NCBI GenBank assembly: GCA_001949185.1
Contig: BDGG01000011.1
Location: forward strand, 1,075,552-1,139,551
Length of the DNA stretch: 64,000 nucleotides
Reading direction: 5' to 3'
Source: Ramazzottius varieornatus
Lineage: Eukaryota > Animalia > Tardigrada
Within the stretch, counting starts at the first letter, position 1; every line of letters starts with the position of its first letter. Below are positions 13,118 to 24,965 of this stretch, in pieces. The notes below the pieces were generated by a model. The model had not been told where the DNA came from and did no database searches. It worked only from the letters and a program-made list of their open reading frames with translations. A program made the translations under genes and the position numbers.

Positions 13118-13918
13118 CTATGTAACAAGGCGTTTTATCGAGATGGACAGAACTGCAACAAAGAGAGACAACACTTGACACACTGAGGGGGTGCCACGGG
13201 TGATAGCGCCGCCATTCCTTTCGGTGTTAGTGCTGACAGTGGGTACCGGTACTGGTCTGGTTGCTGTAACCATTGCGCTTGTCGCAGTCGTAGTGGAAGT
13301 CTTGGCCGTCTCTATTTCCGCATAGTCTTCCGGGAACAATCCTCCTTTTGACAAATTGAGTCTGTCCGTCTGGCCAGCTTTCATGGCGCTGCTGTAGAGG
13401 CCGGGTCCGTCATTCTGCTGCCGACTGTAGACGTTGCAGTAGTCCATGAAACATAGACAAAGGTGAATCTTCTCTGTGCTGTTTCTAAACAGCACCTGGT
13501 CTTGACAGTCCTCCGCACCTTGCTGATCCGGTGGAACGTACACGCAGCTTCGGACTGAATCTGGATTCTCAACAACTGGAGCCGAGGCGTAGCAAGAATT
13601 ATACTCTGGAGGACAGGTGATGGCAAATGGTTTCAGCTCGCTGGTGTCGACGAAGTTACTGCATACTCTGTCAGGTGTCCTGTTGGTGGCCCTTATGAGT
13701 GGATCAGTGTACGTTAGCATACTTTCGCACACAAAACACTTGATAGTCTTGTTAAGAGCTACAAAGCAAGCTTGATTCATACTCGCTGTGCCCTTTCTAA
13801 GACGCCACTGAAAAACAATATGGAACTGTACATATTTACCTGAGACCGATGTTCCATCGCTGGTGAGCACCAGAATCAGTAAAGCGCCATGAGGAGTCCA
13901 ATAAGCCGTCTGAATCAT
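13118..13918 (-). CDS. Ly6/uPAR three-finger (quiver/sleepless-like) GPI-anchored protein A; exons 13918-13840, 13758-13118
   Basis: Signal-peptide exon (MIQTAYWTPHGALLILVL), phase-1 intron, 10-Cys pattern IKCFVC...C...CPPEYNSC...RSC...C...CLCFMDYCN, Thr-rich stalk, hydrophobic C-terminal GPI signal. Confidence 0.85.
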   Translation of the reverse strand: MIQTAYWTPHGALLILVLTSDGTSVSGKYVQFHIVFQWRLRKGTASMNQACFVALNKTIKCFVCESMLTYTDPLIRATNRTPDRVCSNFVDTSELKPFAITCPPEYNSCYASAPVVENPDSVRSCVYVPPDQQGAEDCQDQVLFRNSTEKIHLCLCFMDYCNVYSRQQNDGPGLYSSAMKAGQTDRLNLSKGGLFPEDYAEIETAKTSTTTATSAMVTATRPVPVPTVSTNTERNGGAITRGTPSVCQVLSLFVAVLSISIKRLVT

Positions 13919-14782
13919 CCTATAGGATCTCGAGGGAACCTGTTCTTCTAATACTACGATGTGAGAAAGCTGGGTACTACATGTAAAGTCACTTTTCTTT
14001 ATGCAGCAATCCTTTCCCCGTTGGTTGATAGTATCACAATTTGCGAACAGTACTCGGAAGTGAAATATGAGTGCAGATGCGCCGACTGGATCTGTGAGTA
14101 CTTTTTTCAAACGTAGTGTTGCCAAGAAATGCCAAACACCGAAAGCAAACGTGTAACGCAAAATTACAACACTTGAAACGTATGCGCGAGATATTACAAA
14201 AACTTTCTTTTGAAGAGCATTTAGCGTGTTGTCCTGAGCATGACGGTAGGTACAAACATCCGAGCGACTGGCTTCACATTTTTCCGCGGTTCACCTGTCC
14301 TCTTCACTGCATTCTCTTTTCCATCTGGTCAAATCTCAGGCGACCAAGTTCGTTGCCGCGGCAATGTGGAAAAATAGAGAACATTCGTCGAAAGCTAGTC
14401 TTCAGAAACTTGATTTGATTTGCGATTCAGTTTGTACTCGCGGTGACACTATCAGTGCGATTACGATTGCTTCGGTGCTACTAAGTTGATAAACATGATC
14501 CCTTGTTGTCCTGTTGGCTCAGGACCGCAAGTGACACGATCCGTGGGAAATATCGAATGGTTACTGCTGGCTGTGATGGTGTGGAGCGAGCAGACGATGA
14601 CGGTGAAAGGTATTACCAGTGTGGGTCGACTATAGTGGAAAATGTTCTGTCAATCAACGGCTAGGTCAACTCCACCTTTCATCGAACACTGCGACAAGGC
14701 TGGATGCTGACAGAAATTGACAGAGTGCTGATTGGTTTCCAAGCCTATGTTGTGTGCACGTGTCCTCCCATCACCTGTACGG

Positions 14783-15561
14783 TGATCCCGTTGTCCGTTC
14801 CCGATCTTCAAAGAGCACCATGTAGAAGACTCTTTGGGCTTTCCGATCATGTGACCGGCAGGTCACCTTTTAACCAATCAACCGGTAAGCGTTGCTGGTT
14901 CGGACCAAGAAATAAGGGTGATTTTTGGCTCTCGCTCCCATGTCCCGTGACAGGTCGATGGGAAAGCCAAAACTGCCAGAATGTAGCAGAAAAATTCTTC
15001 TGTTCACTTCACTAAGGGAATTTCCAGTAAAATTTCTCACTAAAATTCCTCGTATCGGCTCTGCTGTCTCACTTTCCCAGACAAATTCGATTATTCGTTT
15101 TTTTTTTTCCGTTTGTATAGCTTATACGCCGAAACTGTGCTTGTCCGGGAGAGGCATCTCAATGGTATTTGTAGATACAAGTTTTGTCCACAGAGGATGA
15201 TCTCGTCGAAAGATACACGTGGCGGAACGATTTTGTCCATAAGATATGTGGCAAAACGAGCTTCAGACCACATGCAGAAAAATTTTGTGAGAAATTTTTA
15301 GTGGAAATTTCTAAAAAAAAATTTCTCTTAGTGAAGTGGACAGAAAGATGTTTCTGCTACATTCTGGCCGTTTTGGTTTTTCCATCGACCTGTCACGGCA
15401 CGTGAGAGCGGGAGCCAAAAATCACCCATATTTCCTGGTCCGAACCAGCAACGCTCACCGGTTGATTGGTTGAAAAGGTGACCTGCCTGTCACATGATCG
15501 GAAAGTCCAAAAAGTCTCCTACATGGTGCTCTTTGAAGATCGGGCATCGGACAACGGAATC
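14783..15561. mobile_element. MITE/foldback with ~260-bp inverted arms
   Basis: 14783-~15047 is the reverse complement of ~15281-15561 (e.g. gatcttcaaagagcaccatgtag / ctacatggtgctctttgaagatc). Confidence 0.85.
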
Positions 15562-16651
15562 GAAAGGTATGATGGAGCGAAAGAAAACCATGGGGTGGCC
15601 ATGACCAATAACAGTGACTGTAAGTCCGCCTTTTACGATAGGGCGCGACAAGCACATACCTGCTTGGCATGCTCACCCGCATACCGGCGCATGAATGAGT
15701 GGGTTGGCAGTTTCCCACATCTGATCTAATCAGCGTTCAAACCGTTGTTCTTGCCGTTATTATTGCCGTATACATATTTTTCACTATAGTCAGCCCACAC
15801 TGGCATTACAGAATCTGTCATTCCCATGTGAACTGCGCCGGTTTCGAGGTCGCTTTCGATTTGATGAGTATCGCTTGCAAAGATATATGTTTGTCTAAAT
15901 CCACAATCTCTGTGCGCATTTGAAACCTTTTTGCAGGCGTTAAAAATTGCATCGTCTGTGCGACAGAAGAAAATGTTGTGATATCTAGTCAGGGACCACC
16001 TCAAGGAAACTCGTTCAAAACGGATTGTTGGCCTGACCCATCAGCGACCAGCACAAAGTACTCCACTGACTGCAGTGTTTATCTAAATACATCGAAGCCA
16101 GAGGATATCGGATGAATCACAATTTTTGAAATGCAAAATGACGGGCAAAGTAAGGCTTGTTGATGAGTACTTCGTCACTGCAATTGCGGCAAAAATTTAT
16201 TCTAAACGGGTACTGAACACTCATGAAGCGTTATATCCAACTAGCTCGGCAAATGAATTAAAAGTAGTTAGTCTGGCCATTTAGCCGGGAAACCGTTTTG
16301 CGGCGAAATTTCTAGCTCTGGTTCAGGACGGCGGATTCATGTTTCTGACCCCTCTCTCTGCGGCTCAGACTCGGTTCTAATTATTTTCAACAACAAAACT
16401 GCAGGAGCACGGTAAGACACTGAAAAAACAATCTTCGAAAACGACCTCGGAAATTGCGAAAGTTGTGAGTTTATTGTGCCTCGCACCATTTTTAGTTCTA
16501 TGTCGATTCTCAATTCCTGTAAAATATTTACCGGCCAGTAATTTGTAATTTCTCGTGAGATGGTAAATAGGATGTTAAACGAAGAAAACTAATTCGGACG
16601 TTGAACAACAATCGAGCCGAGAATACTTTCTTTTTACCATTGCGGCCACGA

Positions 16652-17022
16652 ACGTGGAGACATGGCAAATCAATCAATTGAAACGAAGGCGAAGTTCGGG
16701 GTGGTACTGCAATCAAAAGCTTTGATGAAATTTATTGAGAGCGCTCTCTAAATCACCATTTGGTTCGCAAACCATTCTTGAGTAGAAGATCCTCCAAACG
16801 CTTTTCCATCGTTCCGTACAACTTCTCACAGAGCTCAGCGGTCATTAATTTATCCCATTCTTCGTAAAATAACCTCTCTAAACCTGGAAGTCAGGAAAAT
16901 TCCCGGTATCACAAAGGAACACCTGTTATGCCTGAACCGGAAACTTTGATCCAAGCTTTCGATTGCGGTGACGTCACGTCCTACGGCCAGTTTCGATTGA
17001 TTGATTTGCCGCATCTCCACGT
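16652..17022. mobile_element. Degenerate MITE (~75-bp imperfect TIRs) in a Ly6 intron
   Basis: acgtggagacatggcaaatcaatcaattgaaa / tttcgattgattgatttgccgcatctccacgt and actgcaatcaaaagctttgat / atccaagctttcgattgcggt. Confidence 0.6.
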
Positions 17023-17615
17023 GTGTGGTAGCAAGTTGGCCCGGGCGGGCTGTACATCTCGATCTAATTTTGATTCTTTCGTGCAGTGACTTACGTCCGA
17101 AGACAGTGTGTAGATGTATTCAAATGGGCGGCTGCCTGGTTCCGGCAAGTACCAACGCAAGGCCAAGACGATGTCGGATGCTCCAGTATCGAGATAGTGG
17201 CTCGTAAAGGTGCCACTTGTGGTTGCACGATAGAAAATTGCAACGATGTTTCGCGCAATGTCACAAAGGACTCAATCGGTGAATTCAGTTGGACAGCAGG
17301 AAAAAATACAGGTGCCGGACAACAAAGCACCAGTGGAAACCCGCAGCCCATTGCCGGCATTGCTGGGTCCGACGGGAAGAATCCAGCAGACAGCAACACT
17401 GGACAGGCTGACGAAGGTCCTAACGGTGCTGCGCTTTCGAAATCGGTCAGAACTTCGAGCAGTGCCATCTGCCTTTGTTCTTTGACGGTTCTTCTGCTCG
17501 TTCATATGCACGAAAAGCTTTACTGGTGATCTCAACTGGAGCTGCTAACCCATTCTGCCATTCGGCTCAGAATAATTGGCTCAACTAATTAAGACGTTTC
17601 TTGTAATTATGTGTA

Positions 17616-18119
17616 CGAGGATCAGACCTAACTTTTCTAACTCGCCGAACTGGCGAGTACTTGTCTAACTGACATTTTTCTCGGTAGTCTTCCAACCAAA
17701 AATTGTCAAATTAATTCGCAAATTTGTCCCAACGCTTCGCTTCAGTCTGAAGTATCTTGAACCGGAAATAGGTAACAGATCGAGGCGGATATAATTCAGG
17801 AAGCAAGAACGTTTGAAGATGGCTGGCGATATTAAGGAGCACGCTTTCTGCAGAAGGCGTAATGCAGGTCAGAATCAGCTGATCCAGTTAGCCACATATA
17901 TGACGCAACAAGCAGAAATCACGCGGGGGTTACACAGCGTGCTTGAGACTCTACGGCTGGTTTCTATTCAAAGTCAGAACGGCGAAAACTTTGCTAACTC
18001 TTGGTCGGTCGCCATATGGCGGTAGAACATGTTCAGCAGAATCAGACACATGGCCGCGCCGCCTACAGCATTTGAGTTTGCAAAGTATTCCCGTTAGAAA
18101 AGTAAGGCTCTGATCCTCG
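17616..18119. mobile_element. Tc1/mariner-type MITE with TA target duplication
   Basis: ta|cgaggatcagacctaacttttctaac ... gttagaaaagtaaggctctgatcctcg|ta. A degenerate copy of the same end lies at ~52320-52401. Confidence 0.8.
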
Positions 18120-18540
18120 TACTACAGATTGTGTAGTACTGCGTAATGTCCCAAACTGAGACCGGTATCACCGAATGATGCGTAGTTTTTGTCAGCGGAA
18201 AGTAGTGCCGACACTGATGTCACCGAAGGTTTCTTCGGTTGTTTGAAAAACCCATCGTTTGAACCGCGATCAGCAGAATTTTGACAATTTCACATACAAA
18301 AGCTCAGCGATCCATGAATTTGCGTGGGAACTCATTAAGTGAAGTAACGGCTACACTGCTGCGATAAAACGATTGAAATTGACACGTCTAGTAGTGAATA
18401 ACGACAAGAAAGCAGATCAAGAGGCCATTAAAAGTGATTTATCCAGCAAGGTTTAGGCTAAACATTAGAATAATAGATTGCCAGAAATCTGGACACGTCC
18501 ACTTCACCTATAGCTACAAGTCGCACCTCCCGAATGGTGC

Positions 18541-20751
18541 TTATTCGCACGTCCTCATGAGATTATTCCAGCGGTAGCTGTGTGGACATACGCAGACACC
18601 GTTCTGACACTGCAGAGTGCTTGCCGTTGGACTAAGCACACCACAATCCTGAACAGTTCGGCAGCACAATCCCAGCGTAGCTACAGAAAAGGAAAAGAAA
18701 TGTACAAGACTGCACAACAGCACTCGCATATCCGGAGCTGGAAAGACGCGTAAGTATGGGCAAGACGTACATTCGCATTCCTGAACGTTTTGCCGAGAAG
18801 GGCGATGGTGCTCTCTGCAAGCGCATTGACCCTGACGGTTTGGCTGCTTGGTGTTGCATTGGTGGTACGTCGAGTTGCAGTCCGCGTTGTCAAAGCAATT
18901 CGATCCAAGGCCGTTGGCTGACAAACGGAGCAACAGCGACCAGCACTTCGGCTTTACAATGCGGCCCTCTTCTTCGCGGTCCGATGGCACGACAGAGCAG
19001 TTAAATTCGTACAGCAAGTCAGTCTCTAGGATTTATTTTTGGTTAGCTTGTCTTGAGCTGAGTTTTCGAGCTAGGTTGAGTTATTTTAGCTCAGCTGAGC
19101 TCTGACTGAGGCACTTAGTTCGGGTCCCAAATAGCCAAACTCAGCTCAGAAGAGCCAAGTTTTGCCAAAACTTTGGAATTGAAGCACTGAAAATACAACG
19201 TGCCTACAGACGTCAATATTTTTTCTGGCTATTGATAGCTCTGCATTCCAGTACTGGAATGCAGTTTGCCGTTTGTGGACCAGCGGAATACTCAGTGACT
19301 TATGTGGCAAACGAGATTTTCAGACCAAGTTTGACTTAGCTCAAAACTCTCTCCAATTCTGCGAGTTTAGCTTGAAGAAGGCTAGCTTACTTTATGGCCA
19401 ATTCCAGTAACTCCTCAGGACTGCAGCAAGTGTCAAAAAGTGCTTACAATCTCACCCCTGCATTTGAATGACGAAGCAGCTTTGTCATACACCAAAGCCC
19501 CACGGACCCGGATAGCCTTGGATGTCACCGGACAAACGCAAGTATGGAGATCGCCATGGCACGTACTTCCGGGTAGTCTGCTGGAGCAATCCGTCTCCAG
19601 TAGGCAAGGCTTTGAGGCCACTTCCAGAACAATCTGGGCCTTTGACTAAGAACTCCTACAAAGATAACACAACAAGACAAATAAACGGACCTTCACATCG
19701 CGCAGTTCCATTGTTGAGTTCTGTGCCAGGTCGACATCCGCAGACAGGTGGGCTGCTGGAGGTGGCACGAATGCACATCGACAATGGATCCTTCTTTTGG
19801 CAGTAGCTGGGTCGTTTCGTGCAGTCGACCACTGAAACGAGGCCAATGTTAACTAAGATACGTAACAATGGTCGTAGAACGGTCCGTGAGTTTGTCGTAT
19901 CGATGCTCGCTTAGTTGAAAATATTTTGCCGCGAAACACGCAGAAGGAGACACGGGTACCTGAACAACCTGGCAGGCTCTTTTCGGGCGGGTTGAGTTCC
20001 ATGTTAGCCTTACAAACGCAGCGCCGTGGCTCTCCCTTTCCGGATGATTTGGAACATTCCGTATTCTCGTACTCCTCGCAATCGGCATCGTCCGTGCAAA
20101 CAGTCTTGCTCATGGGAGTATTTGGATCTGAAGGAACGGCACGGTGAATGTTCCATATGATCATAAAATTGGTCAGGACAGAATGCTCGAAGAGCCAACA
20201 TTTTGAAGCATTCTCTTTTCTCAACGAAAATAAATAAATGCGTGTTGATCGTATGCAAGCAAGCTTAGTTGGGCCTACCAAGAGCACAATGGCTTCTTGC
20301 ACGAGATAGCGTGAAAGGCGGCGTCTTTGTATAGTCACAATGGCAAATTCCCTCCTTCCTTCCGTTGCCCGGGTATGGACTACAGAAGGTATTTTTCAGG
20401 ACACACTCGACAGCACTATAAACGTCGGCATCCTCCAACGAGCATCCCTCTCCAAGGTCTCCTGTCATGTCGAACCGGGCCTGACGAAAGTGCGCTCCTG
20501 ATTGTGGATGAGAGCTGCCGCTTGTTCTTTCGGCGATCTCCTACACAGATTGAACGTCGGTAAAGCATCGTAATAACTACCATGCAGGCAGATGACTTTG
20601 AACATGGGACCTCATCTCTTCGTGAATATGTGTATCTATCATTTGCCTACAGTCCACACAATTCAGATTCAATCACAACTCAGATTTCACTTACCAGAAC
20701 TCCAAAGAAAATCGTAACTCCATGGAGGATTAACACGAGTCCCATTTGCAT
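18541..20751 (-). CDS. Secreted Cys-rich protein with six EB-module-like repeats; exons 20751-20695, 20540-20279, 20127-19960, 19831-19691, ~19620-19456, 18917-18771, 18680-18541
   Basis: Signal peptide MQMGLVLILHGVTIFFGVL, then repeated 6-Cys modules (e.g. LGSNCFDNADC...C...CAC...C; CTDDADC...C...CVC...C), one per exon, mostly phase-1 introns. Confidence 0.75.
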
Positions 20752-21548
20752 GGTGTATCGGACCACAATGGACAAATTACCCAAAACAGCAGGAAGTGGC
20801 ATGACAGACTTGGTCGTGCCGAGGACTGTACGTTCCAACATGCACTTCACCAAGGTAATGCTCCACAATCGAGAAGAAAAATGGTATGCGCGAAACGGAC
20901 AGGTCCTGTCTTTATACCACGACCAATGTCCGGGTGTGGCTCGAGATTGTCACGTTCAACCGCCATAATTCCCATGCACGACGGAATGTTGCGGGGAGAG
21001 CAGAAAGTTGGGAAAACGTCGAACGACGACACAGAAATCGAAAACATGGGCGTGCGGCCTACAATTGACGCGCTCGAACACGTTTTGAGAGGCAGTAGGG
21101 CGAGGGCAGCGAGAGCAGTGACCGTACCGTATGACCATTACACCGCTGATGTCCATCTGTCTAGCGCACCAAAAATATATAACAAGTCCGAGAAGCCTTT
21201 GTTAAAACGATTTATGCGCCTTCATTGGCCCATGTTACTGGTATCGTAATGACGATGCTCGCAGCTAATGTGTGAGGCGGTACTGGATGTCGTCTTCTTA
21301 CTTCTAAGCCTTGACCGTCTCATACAGCCAAGCGGAGCGATTATGTGGGATTTGACAACAATTTCTCATTGAACAATTTACCGTCCAAATCTGCAGGTTG
21401 GGAGCTTGTGTAGTAAAAGATTCGCAGTGCTACCCGAGAAGAATTATACCCGTTTTCCCTGCGCGGAAGGAAACTAGCTTGGACAATTTTTGCTGAGTTC
21501 TTGATATAATACACAAAAACTATTTCCGGCAGACGGCTATTGTGCTGG

Positions 21549-22354
21549 TCACAGAATGAATGACGCGAAAGAAGTAATTAGTAGAACGAACAGCGCCATT
21601 GAAGCTGCCCGTATCGGTGGGAGTTTGTAAGTAAGTGCCCCGCTGGTACTTTCCCTGCTAGCCGACTGAGTTCCGTTCGGATCTTGCCAGTCGAACCATC
21701 CCCCTGCACCACCACCACCACCACCACCACCCGAACCGCTACCCGGCTTAGAATTTCCTCCCGTACCGTTACCAGGCCTAGTGGGAGCTTTGGAAGTTTC
21801 ACCACCGGCCAAGTTTTCCTTGTCTGTTATGTTGGGCGTGAGGACGGCTAGGCCACCGTTGGCATCCATCTGCATAAGGTTGTGGAAATTGCAGAAGTCG
21901 AAATAGCAGGGACAACTGTAGACGTCGGGAACAGCAGGGTGATTTCTGCAGTGCCTGTTCTTTTTGTCGCGGTCGGCAGGCAAGACTGTCATACAGCTTC
22001 GGTAGCTGTGCTTTTCGTCGGGTTCATCTGTCCAGCCCACAGTTACCTGGCAGGCGTTATACTCTGCTGGACAGTCGACGATAAACTTCTTTAGTTCGCT
22101 GGTATCGGCATACCGGTGGCACGTAATTTCGCTCTGAAAATCTGGATGCGCAACCAACACGGGATCACTCGCGTGGTAACCCTCGTTGTCGCACACAAAA
22201 CATTTGATCCCTGTGAGAAAAAACACATTGCAGCGCGTAAAGATGATTGAGAACGTTCATTTTCACCTAATACGCATAGGTTCCTTCCGTGATTAGTCAC
22301 CAGAAATGCCAGGGCGACTTGCCACAATAGCTTTGTGCGGAATGCGTGATCCAT
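21549..22354 (-). CDS. Ly6/uPAR three-finger GPI-anchored protein B; exons 22354-22267, 22210-21549
   Basis: Signal exon MDHAFRTKLLWQVALAFLV; IKCFVC...CPAEYNAC...RSC...CPCYFDFCN; Gly-rich stalk; hydrophobic C-terminus. Confidence 0.88.
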
Positions 22355-22638
22355 CGGTGGTGCTATTTCCAAGGCAGATAATGGGAATACTCCAGAAAAC
22401 TCTCTGCGAAAACAGTATCAAGTTACAAAATACTATCCCAGTAACGGGTTGCCACAATAGCACAGTTTTACAGCAGCGCGCACTACGGATCGATGAGTTC
22501 TGACCAGTGTTTACTTCAGCAACGGCAACTCACTAACTTGGCGCTTGTTGCTAAGAATGTGGAACATTTCCGCCGAAAACGAGCTGGTAAAGATATCATC
22601 GAGGAAAAAGCCCTATACTGTAGTTCAAACAACCGCAC

Positions 22639-23536
22639 TTAGCACCCGCTAGTCCAGAAGGCTCTCTGAAGAACTATAAACGAAACAGTCGTCAAACTGA
22701 AAGTCAAGTCGAACGGATGGAAACGTAACGAAGAAGCGGTGTTGCTGGCTCCAGATCCGCCAGTACCACTTCCCGCTCGAGCTGCCACATCCTGCGGGTT
22801 TGCGTCAGCCGAAGCTAAAGCCGATGCAGCACCACCAGAGCCAACATCCACACTGCCAGTATTCGTCGAGGTCGAATTGGTGCCAGCGTTGCCACCTGCG
22901 TTGACCCCACTAGCGCCACCACCACCTGCTTGAATTGTAGCTATCGCACTGGAAGCTTTGGTTGTTCCACCAGCAGCCAGATTGCTCTTGCCACCAGCCA
23001 AGACAGCAGTCCACACATTGCCAGTTTTAATCATGGTACTCTGGAAATTGCAATTGTCGTAGTAGCAGGGACAACTGGTGACACCCTGGACGATGTAATG
23101 CTCGCGGCAATCGGTCTTCTTGGCGTTGTCTGGCACCGTGAAACAACTGCGAAAAGCGTGGCTGTCGTCAGAATCGGGGTTACCGGTCCAGCCATGGGAC
23201 GACTGACAGGCATTATATTTGGCAGGACACGTGATGGCGAACTGCATCAGATCTTTGGTATCGGCAAACTGCTGACAGACGGCATTCACGTTCAGAGGAT
23301 TAGCGCTCAACATCTCATCCTCTTCATGAACGCCGATGTTGTCGCACACGAAACACTTGATTGCTACAACACGAAACCCACACACTGCACAAGCCGGGAA
23401 CAGATGGGAAAGGTCGATTGCATTTTGCAAACCGGGATTCCATACCGTTGACTGATGAGTGCTTGCCGAAGTTCGCCATCAGAAGTAGGACGGTCACAGA
23501 TGTGAGGGAAAAGATGCGCGCATTCCGGATCAGCAT
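22639..23536 (-). CDS. Ly6/uPAR three-finger GPI-anchored protein C (tandem paralog of B); exons 23536-23446, 23363-22639
   Basis: Signal exon MLIRNARIFSLTSVTVLLLMA; AIKCFVC...CPAKYNAC...RSC...CPCYYDNCN; Gly/Ala/Ser stalk; hydrophobic tail. Confidence 0.88.
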
Positions 23537-23690
23537 GTCCCGTGCTTGGTGTGTGGAGTATATCCTTCAGTGGATAATATTACTCGCAAAATGCAGCCGT
23601 ATCAGCGTGGAGTACCTGGTACCGTATCGAAGCCCTAGAGTACACTGTATCACGAGTGCGAAGTGTTTCCTGACGCCGAGATTACTCTCT

Positions 23691-23849
23691 TTGGCGTAAA
23701 AATCGGTAGTACCTCGATCAAATAAATGAGTTTGGAGTACCACGAATTTCGAATAGTGGGTAGTATATCGGTGTTGACCACAGCGGGAAGTAAGGTTACT
23801 CGCTTCTAGAGATAAGCATGAAGTAAGAAAACTATATATATAACCATCT

Positions 23850-23905
<56 letters not shown>

Positions 23906-24306
23906 AGTATATATCCAGAGATGGTTGAACTCACGAAATTCAATGAAGATCGAGCTCTTTAACAGTGACAATATTGCGAAACTGAATTCTTCTGTCTGTT
24001 GAAAGAGGCTTTTTACGGTCTTTGTGTGCTGGTTAAACTGCTCCATCCAGTTGTTTTCCCTCATCGAAGCCAACCGACTCGAAGTCTGCCTGTCAAANNN
24101 NNNNNNNNNNNNNNNNNNNNNNNNNNNNNNNNNNNNNNNNNNNNNNNTTGGCGTAAAAATCGGTAGTACCTCGATCAAATAAATGAGTTTGGAGTACCAC
24201 GAATTTCGAATAGTGGGTAGTACATCGGTGTTGACCACAGCGGGAAGTAAGGTTACTCGCTTCTAGAGATAAGCATGAAGTAAGAAAACTATATATATAA
24301 CCATCT

Positions 24307-24345
<39 letters not shown>

Positions 24346-24584
24346 CCATCTAAAATATATATATATATATATATATATATTTTAGATGGTTATGTATATA
24401 TCCAGAGATGGTTGAACTCACGAAATTCAATGAAGATCGAGCTCTTTAACAGTGACAATATTGCGAAACTGAATTCTTCTGTCTGTTGAAAGAGGCTTTT
24501 TACGGTCTTTGTGTGCTGGTTAAACTGCTCCATCCAGTTGTTTTCCCTCATCGAAGCCAACCGACTCGAAGTCTGCCTGTCAAA
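23691..24584. repeat. ~400-bp sequence duplicated on both sides of a 50-N gap (24098-24147), containing (TA)n microsatellites; probable assembly overlap
   Basis: 23691-24097 is nearly identical to 24148-24584, differing mainly in the (TA)n tract. Confidence 0.85.
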
Positions 24585-24965
24585 GGAATGAAAGAACCGC
24601 TCCCACAGCTGCGAAGATCAGTTTGTTTTACGGGTGCAGGCAAGATATTTCATGTGTTCAGCCACTGAATTATTGAGTGTATTCCAGTTTCGATGAAAGC
24701 TACCAATCAGCTGCAGGAACCGTATAAGAGCGATGCCACTGAACGTGTTGGACATGACTCGTACGGTGGGTATTCTTCGGCTAGGATCGGGTGCGCGAAC
24801 AAAGCACAGGTATAAATACTGAAATGTATGTCTCGTGTTCGAAAACGTTATAAAGAGATAAGATTCTGAAGTTATGCCAGCAGATCCAGCAACCGCAAAA
24901 ATGTTCACTGAGTTAGTATTGAAACTTGTAGATAGAAAGTAGAAATCTTTGGTGCGCTTTGATAT

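Larger units (their letters stand above)
14495..17529 (+). pseudogene. Ly6/uPAR-like GPI-anchored gene with a single in-frame TGA (16113-16115) at conserved Cys5; exons 14495-14609 (tentative), 15937-16149, 17087-17529
   Basis: Exon 2 GVKNCIVC...DCW...DCS...EDIG*ITIF...GQ joins in phase 1 to exon 3 MTYVRRQC...GC...CGCTIENCN...hydrophobic tail. Splice sites are canonical (ttgcag|, A|gtaagg, gtgcag|). Exon 1 assignment is less certain. Confidence 0.7.

Noticed and set aside
16921-17050. Apparent decayed Ly6 exon (TCYA*...DCGDV...ICRISTC)
   Set aside because: It needs several frameshifts, and most of it is the inverted arm of the MITE at 16652-17022. The real exon is 15937-16149.
23691-24584. 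Real tandem duplication, and the 223-aa ORF 23567-24238
   Set aside because: The copies flank a 50-N gap and differ mainly in (TA)n length, which indicates a contig overlap or uncollapsed haplotype. The ORF runs through Ns and a microsatellite.
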